42,938 nucleotides of DNA from a virus (taxonomy: Duplodnaviria > Heunggongvirae > Uroviricota > Caudoviricetes): positions 1 to 42,938 of the IMG/VR virus record IMGVR_UViG_2541047938_000003; one strand, 5' to 3'. Made by a program: the position numbers and the translations under genes. The number at the start of each line of letters is the position of its first letter. Position 1 is the stretch's first letter. Positions 37,220-42,938 of this stretch are shown piece after piece. The notes beneath the pieces were generated by a model that saw only the letters and a list, made by a program, of their open reading frames with translations, was not told where the DNA came from and did not search any database.

Positions 37220-37837
37220 ATGATCGAAGAACTTCACGACACTATCGGCCTGGGTGTTGAATTTGCTCTGGCCGATGTTCACACCATTGTTGTCGCAAAA
37301 ATAACGTCTGTAAATGACAAAACAATCAGTTGCGTCCCCGTTATCAATCGGGTTGTGAAAGGGAGCAGCAAGCAACTCCCAGAGTTCATTGAAGTCCCCC
37401 CGGTAATTTTGCAAGGCGGTGATAGTTATATCGCCGAACCAATTGCGGCTGGTGACTATTGCCTCGTCCTTATCTCTGAGCGTTGTTATGACGCTTGGTA
37501 TGCGGGTAGCGACTTTGTTTCACCACTTGAAATGCGTATGCACGATTATTCAGATGGCTTCGCTCTGTGTGGGGTTAACCCACAGGCTACCGCGATCAAT
37601 ATCCCTAAGAAGAACAGGATGATGAAGGGGGATTCTGACCACGAGGGTGATTTAAACCTCACAGGAAATATTACCCAGAAAGATGGTAAGACGACTCTGG
37701 AAGAATGCGATGTTCTGAATGTACTTCAATATTCCCAGGTAAAGACAGGCGGTAAGTCTGGGGTGTCTGGTTCATTTCGAAGCGATGACGGGAAAACAAT
37801 CACAGTTACCAACGGTATTGTCACGGAGATCTCATGA
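37220..37837 (+). CDS. Baseplate spike/gpV-like protein (putative)
   Basis: 205 aa at the start of the baseplate gene block. Confidence 0.45.
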   Translation: MIEELHDTIGLGVEFALADVHTIVVAKITSVNDKTISCVPVINRVVKGSSKQLPEFIEVPPVILQGGDSYIAEPIAAGDYCLVLISERCYDAWYAGSDFVSPLEMRMHDYSDGFALCGVNPQATAINIPKKNRMMKGDSDHEGDLNLTGNITQKDGKTTLEECDVLNVLQYSQVKTGGKSGVSGSFRSDDGKTITVTNGIVTEIS

Positions 37838-38214
37838 TTGTTTCAGCACTTGATAAAAATGACGACTGGGGATTTGGGCGCGGGAAGGCAAACTATATAA
37901 CTGGCGGTGCTGCTATCGCGCAGAAAGCCAAATGCCGGATCCGCTCGTTCAAAAACGATAATCCTCTCCACATGGATGACAACATCGACTGGCTTTACCT
38001 GTTATCAGAGAAAAACACCGAGCAGGAGATTCTGCGGGAGATAGAGCGCGTGACGCTGGCGACGGATGGGGTTATGCGCATTACCGCTCTGGCGATGGAG
38101 GTCAATAAGGCCACCCGGTCACAAAAAATCGAACTCAGCATTGAGACCGTCTATGACCAGCAGACGATCACCTTCCCGGTCAACGGAGCGTTGAAGAATG
38201 GCACTACAGTTTAG
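37834..38214 (+). CDS. Baseplate protein (gpW/gp25-like, putative)
   Basis: 126 aa immediately upstream of the J-like gene. Confidence 0.4.
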   Translation: MIVSALDKNDDWGFGRGKANYITGGAAIAQKAKCRIRSFKNDNPLHMDDNIDWLYLLSEKNTEQEILREIERVTLATDGVMRITALAMEVNKATRSQKIELSIETVYDQQTITFPVNGALKNGTTV

Positions 38215-39379
38215 CGACAACGGCCTTGAGACAAGCACTCTCCGGGAGTTATTTCAGGAACTGAGCGACGGATATAAGGGAATTTATGGTCAGGATATCG
38301 ATTTAGACCAGGAATCTCCCGACGGTCAACGCGTGGCAATCGAAGCTCAGGCTCGGGCAGATATTGAAGCCGCGCTGCAATGGCTTTATTCCCAAATGGA
38401 CCCCGATTTTAATACTGGTGATATGCAGCAGATTATCGCCAAACTTCACGGGCTTTTCCTTCGCCCCGGCTCCCGGTCTCAGCGTGACCTTAAAGTCACA
38501 ACAGACAGGCCGGTGCTTCTCTATAGCGGGTACAAGATACGGGACCAGGCAAATCAGGTCTGGGCTATCCGACAGGACGTGACCGTTCCGGCGGGCGTCA
38601 CAACAGCCACCTTTTTTGCTCAAAACTTTGGGAAAGTTACTGGGCTTGTGAATGACACCTTCACTCAACTCACACCAGAACCAGGGATTGTGAGCATTAT
38701 CTCTGATTCCGCGGTTGTGGTCGGTCGGGATGAGGAAACGCCTGAAGAATTCAGGCAACGCCGGAACCGGTCGCTTGAGAACCCGGCAACAGGTAGCACT
38801 GGGGCGGTTTTCGCTAAAGTTGCTCAACTGACAGGTGTAATTGATCTGAATATCGGAGAGAACGACACAAAAATTGATAATCCGACGACGGGTATCCCGG
38901 CCAATTCAATATGGCTGGTCGTTGAGGGGGGAGCGATTTCAGAAATTGTGGAGGTGATGGTTAAACAGAAAGGCGGTGGAACGGGAACGAAAGGCAGCAT
39001 AACCGGACGTTTTACCGAGACCCTGATTCGGCCTGACGGCACTTCATTTCTGATAGCCCATGAACTTCAGTTTGATCGGCCCATCTATAAGCCGCTTCAT
39101 ATCAGGCTTAATGCCCGCCGGAAGATTCAAAGCGAACCGATAGATATCGATACTCTCAAAAAATCTCTTGCATCACGCACCATGCATATTGGTGAGTCTG
39201 TGGATGCCAATGAATTTTATGAGAATGGGTATGGGGTAGGACGGGTAAATTTTGTGCTGACCAATCTGCAAATTAGCAGTAATGGGGCAGATTACACCGA
39301 TGCTGAGTTATCGCCAGGCTTTCAGGGAAAGTTCACGTTGAGTGTGGAAAATATAGACGTTAACGAGGTGGTCCAGTGA
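38198..39379 (+). CDS. Baseplate J-like protein
   Basis: 393 aa; size and order (W-J-I-fibre) typical of contractile-tail baseplates. Confidence 0.55.
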   Translation: MALQFSDNGLETSTLRELFQELSDGYKGIYGQDIDLDQESPDGQRVAIEAQARADIEAALQWLYSQMDPDFNTGDMQQIIAKLHGLFLRPGSRSQRDLKVTTDRPVLLYSGYKIRDQANQVWAIRQDVTVPAGVTTATFFAQNFGKVTGLVNDTFTQLTPEPGIVSIISDSAVVVGRDEETPEEFRQRRNRSLENPATGSTGAVFAKVAQLTGVIDLNIGENDTKIDNPTTGIPANSIWLVVEGGAISEIVEVMVKQKGGGTGTKGSITGRFTETLIRPDGTSFLIAHELQFDRPIYKPLHIRLNARRKIQSEPIDIDTLKKSLASRTMHIGESVDANEFYENGYGVGRVNFVLTNLQISSNGADYTDAELSPGFQGKFTLSVENIDVNEVVQ

Positions 39380-40098
39380 ATGACGACATCATTAACCGCT
39401 ACACGCTAATGCTCATCAAACAATATTGGGAAAAGAAAAAAGCAAGATCAGAGATACAGGCCATGCTCAGGCACTGGCAAATCATCGCCGATTTTATTCG
39501 TAACCCAGATAACTTTGATCTCGACCGGGTTACCGGATACCGGCTTGATGTCATTGGCCGGATAGTCGGCCTTCACCGTAGTGTGCCTGCTGTTATTGCC
39601 CGTGTATTTTTCGGGTTTGACGGACATCTGAATACCGCAGGCTTCGACAGTAAATCTAATGCGGCGTATGTCGGCGCACCTTTCTACAGCAAGTTTTCGC
39701 CGGCATATGGTGACTATCAACTGGCTGACAATGAGTATCGCAGGTTCCTTCGGGTCAAAATTGCGCGAAACGCCGCAGGTGCAACGATAGCGTCAGACGA
39801 TCGGGTCAGCCTGCAGGATGTTATACAGACGGCTTTCAACGGCGAAGCTTACGTGACCGACAGAAAAGACATGACGCTTGCTTTGAACGTTTCGCCGCGG
39901 GTATCAGTTGAAGAGTTACGCCTGATTGTGAAGCTTGGCCTGCTGCCGAAACCTGCGGGCGTTCGATACGATTATTTTTATCAGGTGACTCCTGGTCTGA
40001 CATTCGGTTTCTCGCGAAACCCTTCGGCCAGAGGATTCGCCAGCAAGTTTAATACCGCCTACCAGGGCGGTTTTTTTTCGAGGAAAATCCATGTCTAA
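39376..40098 (+). CDS. Baseplate/tail protein I-like (putative)
   Basis: 240 aa between J-like and tail-fibre genes. Confidence 0.45.
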   Translation: MNDDIINRYTLMLIKQYWEKKKARSEIQAMLRHWQIIADFIRNPDNFDLDRVTGYRLDVIGRIVGLHRSVPAVIARVFFGFDGHLNTAGFDSKSNAAYVGAPFYSKFSPAYGDYQLADNEYRRFLRVKIARNAAGATIASDDRVSLQDVIQTAFNGEAYVTDRKDMTLALNVSPRVSVEELRLIVKLGLLPKPAGVRYDYFYQVTPGLTFGFSRNPSARGFASKFNTAYQGGFFSRKIHV

Positions 40099-40981
40099 GA
40101 TTGTACGATATCAGGGAGATGTTCGGGCTTTTGCCTCTGATGCACAGGGAATGGAAAGAACCGTGTTTGGTGGAACAAATCAGGCGGATGACCTGACCTC
40201 GCAAATTACGGCATCTTTCCTTCGCGGATGGGGCATTGTTGGCGCTTCCGAACACCCCTCGCTTGAGGACTTCAATGCGGCAATGTATGCAATGAGTCAG
40301 TTCATTGCGTATCAGCACCAAATGGGGGTTCCAGAGTGGCATGCAGAACAGGAATATCATATCGGTTCGATCTGCACACATAACGGTGAATCTTATCAGT
40401 CCTTACAAAATGCAAATATTGGTAGCCAGCCGCCATCAGCAAAATGGACTCCTGTATTAACGTCAAAAAACGGTCTCGCAAACCTTGGTTTGGGAGAAGG
40501 CTCAGCGTTACCCGTTGGTGTACCTGTACCATATCCACTGGCTACACCACCAACAGGATGGATGAAGTGCAACGGTTCATCTTTCAATAAAACGTTACTA
40601 CCTGCGTTGGCTGCTGTTTATCCATCCGGCGTCCTTCCAGACCTGCGGGGTGAATTCATTCGTGGTTGGGATGATGGGCGAGGTGTAGATAGCGGGCGCA
40701 AGCTAATGAGCGCCCAGGAAGATGCCATAAGAAATATCTCCGGAACAGTTCGCATAGTATCCAACTCATATAATCAAAACACAGCAAGGCAAATGACTGG
40801 GGTATTTGGATGGAGTGAGTCATCGGCTGGAGATACCACTAATTTTGTACTTACAGCCGCATCAAACACATCCGGGTATAAAAATGGTGGGTTTACATTT
40901 GATGCTTCATCACAGGTTCCAACGGCCCTGGAGAATCGACCGAGAAACATTGCGTTTAACTACATTGTGAGGACCGCATAA
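40091..40981 (+). CDS. Tail fibre protein (constant N-terminal part plus current-orientation variable C-terminus)
   Basis: Crossover repeat lies inside the ORF near codon 130 (GLANLGLGEG); followed by a tail-fibre assembly gene. Confidence 0.7.
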   Translation: MSKIVRYQGDVRAFASDAQGMERTVFGGTNQADDLTSQITASFLRGWGIVGASEHPSLEDFNAAMYAMSQFIAYQHQMGVPEWHAEQEYHIGSICTHNGESYQSLQNANIGSQPPSAKWTPVLTSKNGLANLGLGEGSALPVGVPVPYPLATPPTGWMKCNGSSFNKTLLPALAAVYPSGVLPDLRGEFIRGWDDGRGVDSGRKLMSAQEDAIRNISGTVRIVSNSYNQNTARQMTGVFGWSESSAGDTTNFVLTAASNTSGYKNGGFTFDASSQVPTALENRPRNIAFNYIVRTA

Positions 40982-41584
40982 ATGGAACAGGTGATTTTAG
41001 ACGAAAACGGATATGCAACAACAGATGGTCAGATAACGGTCTACAACTATGATGGAGAAACGCGCGAATACATGACGTTATCAGTTGAGTATCTTGTTGC
41101 TGGTTTTGGTATCCCTGCGCATTCCAGCACTGATGCACCGGGTGAGCACAAGGACGGTTTTGCAATCTGCCGCAATGCAGATTCAACCGGGTGGGAATAT
41201 GTTGCAGACCATCGCGGTGAAATCATCTATAGCACCGAAACAGGAGAATCGAAAGAAATCACAGCTCTGGGTGATTACCCTGAAAATACAACCACTATCG
41301 CCCCGTTAACGCCATATGATAAATGGGATGGTGAGAAATGGGTGACGGATACTGAGGCACAGCATAGCGCCGCAGTAGAAGCGGCAGAAGCACAGCGCCA
41401 GTCACTGATTGATGCAGCAATGGCTTCCATCAGTCTGATTCAACTGAAATTACAGGCCGGACGGAAGCTGACGCAGGCAGAAACAACCAGGCTTAACGCT
41501 GTGCTGGATTACATTGACGCGGTGACGGCAACAGATACCAGCACCGCGCCGGATGTCATCTGGCCTGAACTGCCGGAGGCGTAG
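40982..41584 (+). CDS. Tail fibre assembly protein (Tfa/U-like)
   Basis: C-terminal …LDYIDAVTATDTSTAPDVIWPELPEA typical of Tfa chaperones. Confidence 0.7.
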   Translation: MEQVILDENGYATTDGQITVYNYDGETREYMTLSVEYLVAGFGIPAHSSTDAPGEHKDGFAICRNADSTGWEYVADHRGEIIYSTETGESKEITALGDYPENTTTIAPLTPYDKWDGEKWVTDTEAQHSAAVEAAEAQRQSLIDAAMASISLIQLKLQAGRKLTQAETTRLNAVLDYIDAVTATDTSTAPDVIWPELPEA

Positions 41585-42014
41585 GCCATTCAATATCTGG
41601 CGCACTGGAGGTATCAACCAGTTCCAGTGCGTTCAGATAATCCAGCCACAAATTATATTGCGCCAGTTCCTCACCTTTCAGACGACCAATAGCCGCTTTA
41701 CCAGGCCATTGTTTACTGTTCATGTATTCGTTGGCATGGTTAATCAATAATTGCCTCTCTGATTCGGCCTGTTCAATAAGTTCCTCATGTGATGGTGGAG
41801 GTATTTCAACCCATGTAGGATTGCCATAACCGTCCGACCCTCTGATTTTTCCAGTCGGCGGGAATCCTAAAAACTGGGTTGCATCCTCCTCGCTAATATC
41901 AGTGAATGTGGCGATTTCATCTTCGCTCAATTTATAATCGGAAATTGACGCAGCAGGATAGAATAATGCATTCTTTGGATCAAATTTATACATTTCAATT
42001 ACCCCGCTATCCAT
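41556..42014 (-). CDS. Alternative tail fibre assembly protein (inverted orientation)
   Basis: C-terminal …LDYLNALELVDTSSAPDIEWPTPP parallels the + strand Tfa; convergent and overlapping its 3' end. Confidence 0.7.
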   Translation of the reverse strand: MDSGVIEMYKFDPKNALFYPAASISDYKLSEDEIATFTDISEEDATQFLGFPPTGKIRGSDGYGNPTWVEIPPPSHEELIEQAESERQLLINHANEYMNSKQWPGKAAIGRLKGEELAQYNLWLDYLNALELVDTSSAPDIEWPTPPAVQAR

Positions 42015-42337
42015 CTGTATGCGACTGGCATACTTCCAACCTGTGAAACATCAAACCCCTGCCTCGATTTTCGCAACACATTTACGGCCCCTTTATTTGC
42101 TCCGGAATCTGATGCACAAACGATAACTTCGAAATCGTCATACGGAAATGGTATCGGGAATAAAATGTTAGTTTGATTTGATGCCATAGCAAATCCCCGC
42201 TGTATTATTCTCCCCGACGGGTCTCTATTCCATCCTGTCCCAGATGTCCATTCTGACATACTAGGTATCTGATTTTCCCCTGTTCCCACATTCCGTTTTG
42301 CCGCTTCTCCCAAACCAACCTTTTTTATAACCATCAA
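41999..42337 (-). CDS. Alternative tail-fibre C-terminal variable segment (promoterless, expressed only after inversion)
   Basis: Minus-strand ORF whose 5' end is at the right crossover repeat; begins …VGLGEAAKRNVGTGENQIP, in register with GLANLGLGEG of the + strand fibre at the left repeat. Confidence 0.6.
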   Translation of the reverse strand: MMVIKKVGLGEAAKRNVGTGENQIPSMSEWTSGTGWNRDPSGRIIQRGFAMASNQTNILFPIPFPYDDFEVIVCASDSGANKGAVNVLRKSRQGFDVSQVGSMPVAYRWIAG

Positions 42338-42389
42338 AAATCTGGTGATGCTTCGCCGTTTCTCCTGTTTTCATAACAGGAGAAATCCC

Positions 42390-42938
42390 ATGATTTACGG
42401 TTATGCCCGAGTATCAACAAACCACCAGGATACTGAATTGCAACTAACGGCGCTCAAGTCAGCGGGTTGTGAGAAAATTTTTGAAGAGCATGCCAGCGGG
42501 AGGAAATCGAATCGGCCGGTTCTAAAACGGCTGATCGCCACTATGCAGCCGGGGGATGAACTGGTGGTCTGGAAGCTGGACAGGATAGGCCGCAACGTTC
42601 TGCATGCGCTGTTGATGTTCCAGCAGTTACAGGAAAAGGGTATCAACTTCCGCAGTATTACCGATGGCGTGGATCTCAAAACAGCCAGCGGCCGCTATAA
42701 CTTTCGTAACATCCTTTCCGCAGCACAATATGAATCTGATCTTAATAGCGAACGTACCTTAGCAGGGCTGGCCGTAGCCAGGGCAAAAGGGCGAGTTGGT
42801 GGTCGCAGGCCTAAGTTCACGAATGAGCAATGGCGGGAAATGGGGGAGCGGATGGCAACCGGTGAATCACGACAAAGCGTATCAAAAACGTATGGAGTAG
42901 GGCTCTCAACTCTGTATAAAAAGTTTCCAGCTAGCTGA
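42390..42938 (+). CDS. Serine DNA invertase (Hin/Gin/Cin/Pin family)
   Basis: MIYGYARVSTNHQDTELQ... catalytic Ser region; AGGAG RBS; C-terminal HTH; immediately outside the invertible segment. Confidence 0.9.
   Translation: MIYGYARVSTNHQDTELQLTALKSAGCEKIFEEHASGRKSNRPVLKRLIATMQPGDELVVWKLDRIGRNVLHALLMFQQLQEKGINFRSITDGVDLKTASGRYNFRNILSAAQYESDLNSERTLAGLAVARAKGRVGGRRPKFTNEQWREMGERMATGESRQSVSKTYGVGLSTLYKKFPAS

Larger units (their letters stand above)
40480..42323. other. Invertible DNA segment (G/C-segment-like) bounded by 20-bp inverted repeats
   Basis: AAACCTTGGTTTGGGAGAAG at 40480-40499; CTTCTCCCAAACCAACCTTT at 42304-42323 (reverse complement AAAGGTTGGTTTGGGAGAAG); resemble hix/gix crossover sites from memory. 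Confidence 0.65.

Noticed and set aside
1-42938. CRISPR arrays, IS elements or transposase genes
   Set aside because: No regularly spaced direct repeats with unique spacers and no transposase-like ORF seen; the only recombinases are the integrase and the invertase.

Overview
The window reads as a nearly complete enterobacterial temperate prophage, about 43 kb, starting at the integrase start codon and ending at the stop codon of a serine DNA invertase. All calls are from reading the sequence and from remembered protein families; no search or computation was run. Layout: (1) 1-7000, integrase on + followed by a leftward early operon on the minus strand (AlpA/Xis-like, Dam methylase, YqaJ-type exonuclease, Bet/RecT, Gam-like, coiled-coil protein, small ORFs, an AT-rich 165-aa gene); (2) 7400-8370, immunity region with a cI-like S24 repressor flanked by repeated TTTAGC-N5-GCTAAA operators, then Cro-like and CII/YdaT-like genes; (3) 9390-17600, replication and nin module (O-like initiator with internal iterons, DnaB helicase, NinB, NinE, NinI-type phosphatase, YbcO-like, RusA, Q-like antiterminator) interrupted by AT-rich accessory genes; (4) 17670-18300, terminator, a tRNA-Asn-like gene and an HNH endonuclease; (5) 19093-20406, lysis cassette (pinholin, SAR endolysin, Rz with embedded Rz1); (6) 20439-21211, a promoter-gene-terminator moron; (7) 21225-40100, terminase, portal, head and a contractile-tail/baseplate module with one reverse-strand DUF4236-like gene inside it; (8) 40480-42938, an invertible tail-fibre segment with its invertase. 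I did not find one clearly novel multi-gene system. The most interesting candidates are single accessory genes of unknown function at 6504-7001, 14156-14695, 20481-20948 and 36571-37104, the tRNA/HNH locus, and the long untranslated early-left leader.
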